In this document: positions 24,208 to 36,358 of the stretch, piece after piece
Numbering within the stretch: position 1 is the first letter of the stretch
Layout of the letters: each line of letters starts with the position of its first letter
Source of the DNA: Eledone cirrhosa
Lineage: Eukaryota
Direction: 5' to 3'
Assembly: GCA_964016885.1 (NCBI GenBank)
Contig: OZ024743.1
Coordinates: 263,314,001 to 263,378,000 of the forward strand
DNA: 64,000 nt
Notes under the pieces: model-generated
The model's database searches: none
The model's input: only the letters and a program-made list of their open reading frames with translations
What the model was told of the DNA's origin: nothing
Position numbers and translations under genes: made by a program

Positions 24208-24425
24208 ACACGCCGCTTGGCGGACCGTTTTTGTGAAGACTTGTTGGACATACTCCCGTCGTTCGTTACTTCCGTTCCCTGTCCACTCATTTGTATATGT
24301 CCCGGTCCTAGGTGTTCTTTTATACCTTGGATCACTTGCTTCCCGCGCCAGGATTGAGCAAAGCCTGATTTCCACCTTGTGTCCAGTCTCCCTAATGGAC
24401 TCAACTCCCCCCCCCCTTATTTCTT
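24208..24425 (+). pseudogene. Penelope-like GIY-YIG C-terminal remnant
   Basis: TRRLADRFCEDLLDI and RARIEQSLISTL..SP.GLN, across frames. Confidence 0.6.
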
Positions 24426-25094
24426 TAAACTTTATTTACCTTTTCACATATACGCTTGCGCCTGCATCTATACCCCTAGCCACTACCACGCCTACCTCGT
24501 TTCCTGTCACGCGCATGCGCACATTTAACCACAAGATTCCTATGGCTCTGTTACTATCAGAAACACACACCTTTACAGCAATAACACCTTTACACTTACA
24601 CTTACGGCTTTCAAACGGACCAACAACTAACATACGCGCGCGCACACACACTCTTAATCTTACACCCACACAAACATATCCTCACAGGTTCGTACAGACA
24701 AACAACAAACACTCACATATACACATGCACGCATGCACACACTTACAGTTAGATACGCACACATACCCTCATAGCTTCGTGCAATCAAACACACACATAC
24801 ACACATGCACGCGCGCACACACACACTCTTACACACTTACATACCTATATCCACTATATATACAACAGAAATATTTTATTACAGTTGTATCAATTTACAG
24901 TAGAATAACTTTGCAAATATGTTTTAAATATATACATAAATAACATTAGAAATATAAAACGATAAACAAAAATGATAAAGGAAAGAAAGAAGAAAAAAAA
25001 GAAGAAAAAAGAAGAAAAAACAAAGGGGAGGGGGGGAAATTCACCATCAAGTGCGACAATCGGCAACACCTCACACCTTGGAGCTTAATTGTAC

Positions 25095-25570
25095 ACTTTC
25101 AGGCAAGCCAATAAGCTCGCAGCATTACCACGGGTGGTGGCGAGGCTATGACGGTGAAATAACCAGGCACCCTCATGGGCATCACCTGACACTTCAGTAA
25201 GACAAGAACTTCGCTGCTAGTGGCCCAACAACGGTTGGAAACAATAATTAAAGCACAACAAGTTGGAAACAATAATTGTTTGATAAGTCCTGGTATTTCC
25301 GAATTTTATTCCGTTCAGCAACGGAAGCAGTGACCCCCACATTCACCGCGGCGTCGATGATGTGAGAGGAGGAAAAAAGAGTCACTGACTGTGACGTCCC
25401 AGATGAGACACCTACCTCTTACCCATGGACAAAGGGTAAGACCATCTGGTCTCTTCCCATCACTTCTGGATAAACCAGCTGGCTCCAGAACTGTGGGGAT
25501 ATTAACTCGGCCCAGGGCCCATTTGATGATCAGGTTTAGCTCGGAGTGACGCACAAAACGACCAGCATTC
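25095..25570 (-). pseudogene. CRE-clade non-LTR retrotransposon RLE remnant
   Basis: RHSELNLIIKWAL..LEPAGLSRSDGKRPDGLTLCPWVRGRCLIWDVTVSD and downstream WLFHRHSLA..RGNAASLL. Confidence 0.78.
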
Positions 25571-25773
25571 AGATGTTTTCCTTTTCAGCACGATACAAAT
25601 GCCTTCGATCACATCCTTTCAAAAGATGGCCAACTAAACTTCATATACCAACGCTGAATTCACTAGTTTTCCAATAGATGGCGACCTTAATAGTCTTACT
25701 TTTTCTCAAACAAATTGTTTTTCGTTTCTTCCACAGCTCACTTTCCTCTATCTTTCATCTATTTCTCATTCTA

Positions 25774-25812
25774 TTTTCTGATGAAAGAATAGCTAGCGTC
25801 GAAACGTTAAGA
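25774..25812 (+). ncRNA. Minimal type I hammerhead, decayed stem II
   Basis: tttt CTGATGA...GAAACGTT aaga; flanks shared with the 30104 copy. Confidence 0.55.
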
Positions 25813-25834
25813 CTCTTTTCCTACTATGTCAAGC

Positions 25835-25911
25835 GTATGTATGTATGTATGTATGTATGTATGTATGTATGTATGTATGTATGTATGTATGTATGTATGT
25901 ATGTATGTATG
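25835..25911. repeat. (TATG)n
   Basis: Direct reading. Confidence 0.95.
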
Positions 25912-26196
25912 TTAAACAACTGGGAGTGAAGGACCCCTAGCCTTTATCAGGGCATTCTTCTAGGAGGACGCAACTCAGGAAACTGGGATAACTCCGACAT
26001 AAAACCTGCGGCTCAGTAGTTACCGATGATGTTAATCTTTTATTCTTTTCGGATTATAGTTACTGTCGCTCAGAGAGTGGGATTGGCTCAGTGCACAGTC
26101 TTTTCTCACTTAAAAGAAAATATTCACACATTAATTAATAATTATTAATAATGTTATATTGTGCAATGGCCATACTCGATAACGAGGGGGCAGCTA
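25911..26196 (-). mobile_element. ~290-bp non-coding element X with (CATA)n tail
   Basis: Reverse-complement match over its full length to 36359-36663. Confidence 0.75.
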
Positions 26197-26201
26197 TCAT
26201 G

Positions 26202-26789
26202 TTATCTCTTTCTCTTGATTTCGAGTATATTTTTTTGACCGGCCACCTTCCTGGTGGCAAGGTTGTAAAAGAAAAGAAATTGTCATCCCTTCAATCGCAA
26301 GAATGTTTTGCAAATTTTGAAGGTGCCAGCTATCGCAGCCATTTGTAGACTATGAATTAGGGAGCTGCGCTCTTTGTCCGCAAATCCAAGTTCAGTCATA
26401 CTTTGGTCCCAGCGGGTTGGTATATAACCCGTAGCTCCAATAATGATGGGTATGAAGTTAAAGGTGTATCTTGGATACTGGATTTGTAAACTCCTCATCA
26501 ATGGTCCGTAGATGTCCTCCTTCTCCTGTATTTTTCTGACAACGTTTACATCAAGTGGGCAGCTGATCTCCACAACAGAACACGTTTTCATGTGTGGTCC
26601 CAAACAACAATATCAGGCCGGTTGTGCTTTAATTTAGTGGCAGTTTTTATTTTCAGATTGCACCAGTATTCCTTAGTGCCATCTGTCTCAATATATTCTT
26701 CCTCGTTTGTTGTTAATTTTGTTTTCCGAAGTGCGTTCCAGATGGTTCTAGCTATCCCATCGTGTCTCATGGGAGGTAGTAGCGAGATG
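26202..26789 (-). mobile_element. 5'-truncated Dong family A copy
   Basis: Near-identical to 9-598, with frameshifts; abuts (TATG)n at 26796-26870. Confidence 0.92.
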
Positions 26790-26790
26790 G

Positions 26791-26824
<34 letters not shown>

Positions 26825-26870
26825 TGTATGTATGTATGTATGTATGTATGTATGTATGTATGTATGTATG

Positions 26871-27750
26871 TTCTGGTTTTATAATTTCACAATTTTTTTC
26901 CGAATAGATAGTCTGTTTCTAACATAGACACAAGACTCTCTCATTGGAATTTACACAACATCAACTACGTAGATTATGTATGCATCCAGCATGTGTAGAT
27001 ATGGATGTTATTGTATGTGTGGATGTGTATGTTTTGAGTTGTATGTGTGCATGTGTATATGCTTTGTATCTGTACATGTGTATATGCAGATATTAGATGC
27101 AAAATTTTTGGAATGTTTTACATATTTTTACTGTTCCATTAATGGATTGTACTTGTAATTTCCTAACTAGTTGTGTTCTTTCTGTTCCTGTGAAACCCAG
27201 CTTCTCAAGATTTGTATTGAGGCAGTTATTAACATACCCCAGTGCCTCAATTATCACAGGCATAACTCTGAAGGTGTAATCAGGGTGGAGTATCTGCAGA
27301 TTTCTCATCAGTTCTGCATAAATATTCTCCTTTTCGCTAATCTTTGATATTATATTGGCATCTGCTGGGCAGCTAATTTCCACTACTGTGCGTGCTTTCT
27401 TCTCCCTGTCCCATATCATAATATCTGGTCTGTTATGCCTGCAGTTTATTGGGGTTTTTACTGGAACATTCCACCAGTACTCTTTCATATTATGTACATG
27501 GATGTCTTCCACATTGCTGTAGATTTTAATGTGTTTATTATCGGGGCTATCTTTTTTACGAATTGCATTGTACAGTGTTTTGGCTACTACATCATGCCTC
27601 ATAGGTAGATAGTACCGCGATGACATCTTTGGACAGCTGCTGATGACATGGTTGATATCCTCGATGTTAGTTCTGCAGAGTCTGCACTTGTTATCACATC
27701 TAGGTGTTTTGCTTGCATCCCTATCTCTTTTGTGAATCAGGTATTTCGTG
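26871..27750 (-). mobile_element. 5'-truncated R4/Dong family B copy (CCHC + RLE + 3' UTR)
   Basis: CRLCRTNIEDINHVISSC, RHDVVAK, RPDIMIWD, EISCPAD; tatg runs on both sides. Confidence 0.88.
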
Positions 27751-27844
27751 TTATGTATGTATGCATGTATGTGTGCATATATGTATGTATGCTTTGTATG
27801 TGTATGTGTGTGTATGTGTGTGTAGGTAGGTATGTTACATCATA

Positions 27845-28150
27845 AGTTGACATCACCCATGAACCATATCCTATCCAGTACAGCGGCTTCTTTAACATTA
27901 TAGCCTCGACACAAGAGCTCTATTTCTTCAAGGACTTCAATAAGTCACTACAGAGGATGTTGAATGTTGTTCGAAGGTAGCAGTAGTGAAAACACTCAAC
28001 GAGATGTGGGTGATATCGGTAAGTTACGCACGACAAGGTTGTGGTCAGTACCATAGCTCTGTACACTGTGATTTATTTTTGTGCCATTTCTCCGACGTCT
28101 CTTGCAATAAACCGTTTTGTACAGTCAACCAAACGCATCTATTGCTTTGC
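27845..28150 (-). pseudogene. RTE(BovB-like) LINE remnant
   Basis: KITVYRAMVLTT..VTYRYH..VECFHYCYLRTTFNI..EAIMLKKPLYWIG resembles the RTE post-RT region. Confidence 0.6.
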
Positions 28151-28199
28151 TTAAACTATAAAATACCAAACAGGAGACCTATGTGTGTTTATTATATTT

Positions 28200-28388
28200 G
28201 GTGGATTGGCAATATCGGTAGAGAGTCGGACAATATGCTTTGCAGCATAGAGTTACGGCCCTTTATGAACTGAGTTCAAATCCCGCCGAGGTTAACTTTG
28301 CCTTTCATCCTTACGAGGTCGATAAAATAGAGTATCATTAATGTACTGGTATAAATGCTGGCCTTGTGCCAAAAGTAGAAACAATTAT
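28200..28388 (+). mobile_element. tRNA-derived SINE (major family)
   Basis: Full-unit match. Confidence 0.85.
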
Positions 28389-28461
28389 ATTTAAGAATAT
28401 TGTATCTCTTTTTAAATGCGTCTCTATTCGGAATCCCGTTGTGTTCGTACAACTGCTAATT

Positions 28462-28676
28462 AATTGTTTCTGATTTAAGCAGAAGACCAACAATTTTTGA
28501 GGAGGGGAAAGTCGATTAAATCGACCCCAGTGCGTTGCTGGTACTTTATTTTATCGACCCCGTAAGGTTGAAAGGCAAAGCTAACCTCGATGGGATTAGA
28601 ACCCTGACGTAAAGGGCCGTAACTCTATATCACAAAGCATGTTCTCCGACACTCTAGCAATACTGCCAATCCACTA
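28462..28676 (-). mobile_element. tRNA-derived SINE (major family)
   Basis: Full-unit match. Confidence 0.85.
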
Positions 28677-29081
28677 CTGCTAATTAATATATAAACCAGC
28701 GTATCAATCCTACACTATATACAAATAAACATCTTAAAAGTATCATTTACAAAAATCAATATATAAGCTATCAGTTTCATTGCCTCAGTGCCAAGATAAA
28801 GATCCTGAAATACAATTATTTTGTGTTCTTACACTGTTAATGAGGTAGCTGCAACATAATCGCAGCTTAAAATACCTACAGTCAGAATTATATATGTTTA
28901 TTATACATAAACACATTGTATATTCATACATATACGCTTCTAAATACTCCCTACATACTGGTATATTGGGGCTCCTCTGTCCTGAACTGAGGTATCAATG
29001 TCAGTGTTTCTCATGATATACTCTTTCCTAACTTTCACACACTACTTTCATGTATCTACCTGTTCTCTCCTTATCCACACA

Positions 29082-29115
29082 TTCCGGATGAACGACTTTC
29101 GTTCGGAACGTAGAA
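29082..29115 (+). ncRNA. Degenerate hammerhead-like motif
   Basis: ttc CGGATGA acga-ctt-tcgt tc GGAAC GTA gaa; two core substitutions; (TA)n ~85 bp downstream. Confidence 0.4.
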
Positions 29116-29196
29116 CCATCCTCCACTTCCTCTCAGTGCGAACCTAACATGACCTTGTAATTTTGCATCCCTGTGTTTGTTTTGTTTCACTCATCA

Positions 29197-29231
<35 letters not shown>

Positions 29232-29235
29232 ATAC

Positions 29236-29425
29236 TAATTGTTTCTACTTTTGACACAAGGCCAGCAATTACCCAGTACGTTACTGGTACTTTATTTTAT
29301 CGACCCCGTATGGATGAAAGGCAAAGTTGACCTCGGCGGGATTTGAACTCAGAATGGAAAGGGCCGTAACTCTATGCGTCAAAGCATGACGTCCGACCCT
29401 CTACCGATACTGCCAATCCACCGCC
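29236..29425 (-). mobile_element. tRNA-derived SINE (major family)
   Basis: Full-unit match. Confidence 0.88.
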
Positions 29426-29564
29426 CTTTGTATAGTAATAATAATAAATAGTAATAATAATAAATGTCAAGACTAAAATCCGAAGAGGGATCGATAAGGA
29501 TAATATATATATAAATATATATAAAACCCGTAGAGCAAATATTTATTGAAATAACAGATTAAAG

Positions 29565-29745
29565 TTTAAGCAAAGAATCGCTGCTTTCACCCTTAATTTT
29601 AAGCAAAGAATCGCTGCTTTCACCCTTAATTTTAAGCAAAGAATCGCTGCTTTCACGCTTAATTTTAAGCAAAGAATCGCTGCTTTCACCCTTAATTTTA
29701 AGCAAAGAATCGCTGCTTTCACCCTTAATTTTAAGCAAAGAATCG
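29565..29745. repeat. 33-bp tandem array (~5.5 units)
   Basis: ttttaagcaaagaatcgctgctttcacccttaa; aagcaaag starts at 29568, 29601, 29634, 29667, 29700, 29733. Confidence 0.95.
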
Positions 29746-29771
29746 CATAACCGGATCTTCTGAAAATTCTG

Positions 29772-29823
29772 AGTTTTCAGAAGATCCCGTTAAGGGTGAA
29801 AGCAGCGATTCTTTGCTTAAACT
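29772..29823 (+). ncRNA. Type I hammerhead-like motif, CAGAAGA core variant
   Basis: agtttt CAGAAGA t-ccc-gttaa-ggg-t GAAA gca..tgc TT aaact. Confidence 0.62.
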
Positions 29824-30103
29824 TTAATCTGTTATTTCAATAAATATTTGCTCTACGGGTTTTATATATATTTATATATATATTATCCTTATCGATCCCT
29901 CTTCGGATTTTAGTATATATATATATATATATATGTAAAATGTAAATATCTCTTATATATATATATATATATCATACACAAAACGCCAGCACAAATATTT
30001 TTGCAAGAGATGTCAACATGAATGGACCTGTTGTTTTTATCTAAAAACATTTTTTCCAATTCCATCCCGCTCGTCCCCTCAATCAATCTTATTTCTCATT
30101 CTT

Positions 30104-30139
30104 TCTTCTGATGAAGGACTAACGTCCGAAACGTTAAGA
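30104..30139 (+). ncRNA. Canonical minimal type I hammerhead ribozyme (Penelope type)
   Basis: tctt CTGATGA a ggac-taac-gtcc GAAAC GTT aaga; palindromic stem III (AACGTT) as in dimeric PLE hammerheads. Confidence 0.8.
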
Positions 30140-30223
30140 CCCTCTTCCTGCTATATCAAGCGTTAACCTAATATATCCCTTCCATATACTGTACCGATTG
30201 TGTTGTTATTTCTGTATACCTTT

Positions 30224-30371
<148 letters not shown>

Positions 30372-30937
30372 CATATGTATATATATGTTCAAGGATTGTG
30401 GGAAAATCACTCAGATATAGAGTTTATTAATACTTATTAGTAATTCTGGCACGAGTTTTGATGCATTACATAACACGGCTCTATGGCGTCTGGATTATTG
30501 ACAATCGCTTACTTCATATCGCCAGGGAATATCGTAACTGTAACAGGATTCCTGGGCAATATAACATAGTGACATGCAGAAGAATTTGTTTGTGATGTTG
30601 CTATTTAAAAAGTCCGTCTCTAAATGTAATACATAAAATATACATTATGCTGTCTGAAGAAGTCGTGTCAATAATTACGTAATGATATCACTGTGTAATA
30701 AAGATTGACACGAGAGAAATACGAATTATAACATATTGTGTAATAAAGAGAATTATGAAAATCTAGCTTTCGTATTCTTTATTATTCTGCATATACTCGG
30801 TGAAGTACTGCTCAGGTGTGACCACATTATGATTCGAAACATGACCTTGAGTGCAGGATCCTAATTACACCATTACATGTTGATTGAAATGATGCAACCA
30901 CAAACCCAACTACCAATTAATCAACATTTGATGACGC

Positions 30938-30975
<38 letters not shown>

Positions 30976-30981
30976 ATGCAT

Positions 30982-31065
<84 letters not shown>

Positions 31066-31070
<5 letters not shown>

Positions 31071-31272
31071 AACCAGTAAGACCCCGACAGCTGAGCTCAA
31101 GCCGTTTCGACGGCTAATTCTGGACTGATTTTTAGTCCAGAATTAGCCGTCGAAACGGCTTGAGCTCAGCTGTCGGGGTCTTACTGGTTCCTATTACCCA
31201 CTCTACTACCTCAAGTATTGAGTACTTTGGTGCGTTATGGTCCACCTGGTTCCTTACCACATTTCCTTCGTT
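31066..31272 (+). mobile_element. Small fold-back insertion in (TA)n carrying the 3' half of a hammerhead
   Basis: Perfect ~60-bp-arm hairpin at 31066-31194; right arm GAAAC ggct..agct GTC gggg; (TA)n on both sides. Confidence 0.65.
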
Positions 31273-31871
31273 ATATATATATATATATATATGGGAGGAG
31301 GTTATAGTTCACTTGAAGCATTGTGTAATGAGGTATAAACGTTAGAATATGTGTAATAAGGCCAAGACAATGCAGATATGGACATAGAAAAAAGAATGCA
31401 ATAGTGAGAGATATTGATGAGAATTCGTCTTTCACCTTGAATTTATTTAAATGTCCTTAATTTTCGAGATAATATCTCTTCTTCGGAGGGAAGTAAAAGT
31501 CTCAGACCAGCGTCTAAATTTCCAATGAAGCCATGCTGACCGGAAATAGTATAGAGTTCTAACTTTAATATCAAAGAATTAAAATTAGGTGGGTAAAGAG
31601 TAGTCTCCCTTTAAGAGGGGTTTGTTTATGTTTTTGTTGTGTTTTTTTAAATTTTATATGCGTGCCTGTATATGTGTGTGGGAGAAAGCATGAAGGTGTA
31701 GGTATGTGGGTGTGTGTGTGTGAGTGTGGGAAGATAGGTCTAATCGTAAAAGTGGGGGGTAGGTGTTATCTGGTGTTAGAACTGGTTTTGTGTGTGTATG
31801 TGTGAGAGAGAATAAGTGGAGGTGTGCGCGTACGTGTGTGTGGGGTGTGTAAAGTGGGGCTAGAGGCCCTA

Positions 31872-33158
31872 TCAGGTTATAAATTGGGTGTTGAGCTCTA
31901 GTCTATTATTGATTGGTGGATGTGTTCTATCTATAATGAGTGCTTCCTTGATTCTAAGATTGCCGAGGTTTCTTTCCTTAGTTTCTATCCTAACTGTTAT
32001 GTTTTTATCAGTGTTTTTGCATTTAACTAGGTGTTTCTTAAATGAGGAAGCGTTAGTATTGAGGTGTTCTTTTATTCTTATGTGGAGTGGTCTGGTGGTG
32101 CTACCTACGTAGAAGTTGTTGCATTTGTCACACTCTAGTCTGTAAACTACGTAAGCCTGGTGGCATATGTCTGTGTCGTTGATGGGGCAGTTGGCTAGTC
32201 TGCAGCAGTTGTCATGTCTGGTGGAGTGTCTCTTAGCTAGCCGTCCACGCAAAGAAGGACCCGAACGGGCCAGTTGAATATCCAGACCTTCTCGTCTGAT
32301 GGCTCTGCGGATGGCTGTTGTTGTTTCTTCACTGAAGTGTGGGAGCTTCAGGAAGCAAGTGTTAGTGCCTCGGGTGTGGTGTCCTCTGTTCTTTCTGGCA
32401 CGGTTTGTGGTGGATGTCGTGTATCCGTTCAGTTTGAGTACTTCCAGGAAATGTGTGGTGTGTGTGTCTCGGTCTCTGGCGTCGGTGCATTTGTTCTTGA
32501 TACGTGCCAGTTCGTTCTTTATGTATCCGAACTTGGCACCGAGTGGGAGGGCCGATCTGAAATGTACGAACAGGTCCCTGCTGGCGGATTTTTTATAGAA
32601 GCAGGTGTGGATGTTGCCTTCCTCTGTTACCCTGAGTTGGAAGTCCAGCAGGGATAGGGATCCGCGGTCATCGGGGTGTTCTATGCTGAACTTTATACTG
32701 GCGTCCATGCTGGAGAATGTTGTGTATATTTTCTCTGCCTCCTCACGGGATGATGTAAGGATGAGTATGTCATCTACATATCGGGTGAAGAAGGCATGGG
32801 AATGGCAGGTGTTGAGGGCTCGGCATTCTAGCTGGTTCATGTAAGTGATGGCCAGCAGGCCAGAGAGGCTGGATCCCATGGGTAATCCTGTTGTCTGTCT
32901 GTATGTGTGGTGGTGGAAGGTGAAGTACGTGTTGTCTACTGTGAAGGACAAAAGTTAGTGTATGTCCGTCGGGTGGAGGCCGTAGCAGTGGATGTTCTCT
33001 GCGACCACGCAGTCCGTCAATAAATCGACAGCTGGGTGAGCGGGGACTGTAGTGTAGAGGGAGACAACGTCGAAGCTAAAAGCGTATTTATTAAGTTTAA
33101 GTTGTTCTGGCTGGAGTTGGTGTAATCTACGTATAACTTCGTCGGAGCTACTGACATG
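31872..33158 (-). pseudogene. Inverted, shorter copy of the Penelope ORF
   Basis: Mirror of 33594-34880, including the same TAA. Confidence 0.92.
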
Positions 33159-34880
33159 GCCCCTAACCTCTCCAGGACACAACAACTCGCCCTGAAGAAC
33201 CTACGGAATAAGGAACTTATTTACTTACCATCCGACAAAGGTAAAGTGTTCTGCGTCATCTCTCAAGCCACATACAATAACCTAGCCTTCGAACACCTAA
33301 GCGACAGTGAACTGTACACAGTGATCCCGGACATGACCGCAGCCCAAATCGAAAAACAGACCAACTCCATTTGGTTCGATATCTGTAGGAGAAGACAACT
33401 CCCGAATAAAATTAAACTCAACTACACCACTAGAAATAGCAGACTGCCCACTTTCTACCACCTCATCAAGACCCACAAGAATAGCACTAAGACGCATATA
33501 AGACCCATCGTCTCTAGCATAGAAGGACCCCTATACAAAATTTCCTGGCTTCTCTCCCAGGTCCTCAAGCCTCTACTCTCCACCTTCCCCGGACATGTCA
33601 GTAGCTCCGACGAAGTTATACGTAGATTACACCAACTCCAGCCAGAACAACTTAAACTTAATAAATACGCTTTTAGCCTCGACGTTGTCTCCCTCTACAC
33701 TACAGTCCCCGCTCACCCAGCTGTCGATTTATTGACGGACTGCGTGGTCGCAGAGAACATCCACTGCTACGGCCTCCACCCGACGGACATACACTAACTT
33801 TTGTCCTTCACAGTAGACAACACGTACTTCACCTTCCACCACCACACATACAGACAGACAACAGGATTACCCATGGGATCCAGCCTCTCTGGCCTGCTGG
33901 CCATCACTTACATGAACCAGCTAGAATGCCGAGCCCTCAACACCTGCCATTCCCATGCCTTCTTCACCCGATATGTAGATGACATACTCATCCTTACATC
34001 ATCCCGTGAGGAGGCAGAGAAAATATACACAACATTCTCCAGCATGGACGCCAGTATAAAGTTCAGCATAGAACACCCCGATGACCGCGGATCCCTATCC
34101 CTGCTGGACTTCCAACTCAGGGTAACAGAGGAAGGCAACATCCACACCTGCTTCTATAAAAAATCCGCCAGCAGGGACCTGTTCGTACATTTCAGATCGG
34201 CCCTCCCACTCGGTGCCAAGTTCGGATACATAAAGAACGAACTGGCACGTATCAAGAACAAATGCACCGACGCCAGAGACCGAGACACACACACCACACA
34301 TTTCCTGGAAGTACTCAAACTGAACGGATACACGACATCCACCACAAACCGTGCCAGAAAGAACAGAGGACACCACACCCGAGGCACTAACACTTGCTTC
34401 CTGAAGCTCCCACACTTCAGTGAAGAAACAACAACAGCCATCCGCAGAGCCATCAGACGAGAAGGTCTGGATATTCAACTGGCCCGTTCGGGTCCTTCTT
34501 TGCGTGGACGGCTAGCTAAGAGACACTCCACCAGACATGACAACTGCTGCAGACTAGCCAACTGCCCCATCAACGACACAGACATATGCCACCAGGCTTA
34601 CGTAGTTTACAGACTAGAGTGTGACAAATGCAACAACTTCTACGTAGGTAGCACCACCAGACCACTCCACATAAGAATAAAAGAACACCTCAATACTAAC
34701 GCTTCCTCATTTAAGAAACACCTAGTTAAATGCAAAAACACTGATAAAAACATAACAGTTAGGATAGAAACTAAGGAAAGAAACCTCGGCAATCTTAGAA
34801 TCAAGGAAGCACTCATTATAGATAGAACACATCCACCAATCAATAATAGACTAGAGCTCAACACCCAATTTATAACCTGA
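33159..34880 (+). pseudogene. Penelope RT + GIY-YIG ORF, 5'-truncated, in-frame TAA at 33795-33797
   Basis: SDKG, KTHK, IRPIVS, SLDVVSLYT, GLPMGSSLS, RYVDD, LLDF; VVYRLECDKCNNFYVGSTTRPLHIRIKEH. Confidence 0.92.
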
Positions 34881-35261
34881 TAGGGCCTCTAGCCCCACTT
34901 TACACACCCCACACACACGTACGCGCACACCTCCACTTATTCTCTCTCACACATACACACACAAAACCAGTTCTAACACCAGATAACACCTACCCCCCAC
35001 TTTTACGATTAGACCTATCTTCCCACACTCACACACACACACCCACATACCTACACCTTCATGCTTTCTCCCACACACATATACAGGCACGCATATAAAA
35101 TTTAAAAAAACACAACAAAAACATAAACAAACCCCTCTTAAAGGGAGACTACTCTTTACCCACCTAATTTTAATTCTTTGATATTAAAGTTAGAACTCTA
35201 TACTATTTCCGGTCAGCATGGCTTCATTGGAAATTTAGACGCTGGTCTGAGACTTTTACTT

Positions 35262-35298
35262 CCCTCCGAAGAAGAGATATTATCTCGAAAATTAAGGA
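35262..35298 (+). ncRNA. Hammerhead variant (CCGAAGA) in the Penelope 3' region; mirror copy at 31454-31490 (-)
   Basis: cct CCGAAGA a gagat-att-atctc GAAA ATTA agg; palindromic AATT stem III. Confidence 0.7.
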
Positions 35299-35411
35299 CA
35301 TTTAAATAAATTCAAGGTGAAAGACGAATTCTCATCAATATCTCTCACTATTGCATTCTTTTTTCTATGTCCATATCTGCATTGTCTTGGCCTTATTACA
35401 CATATTCTAAC

Positions 35412-35473
<62 letters not shown>

Positions 35474-36054
35474 GTATATCTTTATATGTATGTATATATG
35501 TATACATATATAATTATATATATATATTTATATAACACACACATACACACAAAGAAACATGTCGTTTGCTTTGTTATTTCTGTTTACCTATTGCATAATA
35601 TATATGTATATATATAAATATATATATATATATAATTGAATAAACAAGAGAGATGAACACTAATATAAACATACATGTGTTCGAATCGTAAGGACTAGGT
35701 TTGCTAGGGTGAAAAAATACTAACTACAGCAATATGGTTTGTCAGACTTAATTTTAAGTAGTAAATTAAGAAAAATAACAGACCTATATCGGGCAAAAGC
35801 CTGGTAACAACTAGACAGTTTTGGAAACTGTTACGCAACATCTTATTAAGTGAAGTCCACACTTTTCTCTGCTCCTCAGTAGTTGTTAAGAAATTAGTGA
35901 TCCTTTCACTTCTAAAAATATTAGAAGACTGAATTGTGTGCGATAAGAATTATCGCACGTGTCTTCGGAACCCAGCTTGTCTCGAAATCCCATGCCGCTA
36001 AAAATAGCAGCCTGGTTAACAAGACATTAAAATTAGCTCAACATGATGGAGCCG

Positions 36055-36096
<42 letters not shown>

Positions 36097-36358
36097 CCAC
36101 ACGCCGACGAGCACACATATTTGTAGCATAGTATATAGATTCACTATACGGAAATGATATATTGTTATATAACATTGAAGATATTAAAATAAGAAAGATA
36201 AGTAAAAAATCCATATATTCATTTTAATACGAGTCTCAATAGTTGATTTGCAAATTTAGAAAGCAAATATTTCATTCTTTCGTTCTTTTTTCTTTCTCTT
36301 TCTTTCATTCCTCATTCACAATAAGACGCCCACACATATTTTTATACATATGTTCATA

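Larger units (their letters stand above)
29472..29914. mobile_element. Fold-back Penelope-type pLTR insertion with hammerhead and internal 33-bp array
   Basis: Arms actaaaatccgaag... / ...cttcggattttagt are reverse complements; the right end abuts (TA)n. Confidence 0.75.
31334..35418. mobile_element. Penelope-like element as an inverted duplication (arms 31334-33158 and 33594-35418, 435-bp spacer)
   Basis: The 359-aa ORF is identical on both strands; arms are 1825 bp; one visible mismatch (FSFD vs FSLD); the right end runs into (TA)n. Confidence 0.93.

Noticed and set aside
29565-29745. 33-bp repeats as a CRISPR array
   Set aside because: No spacers, eukaryotic context, no cas genes
33156-33158. 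ATG as the true Penelope start
   Set aside because: Created by the inversion junction; the 17870 ATG is likewise at a truncation junction
33795-33797. Penelope TAA rescued by A-to-I editing or readthrough
   Set aside because: Context DIH*LL fits a simple CAA/GAA to TAA mutation; editing would give Trp; nothing in the sequence supports rescue
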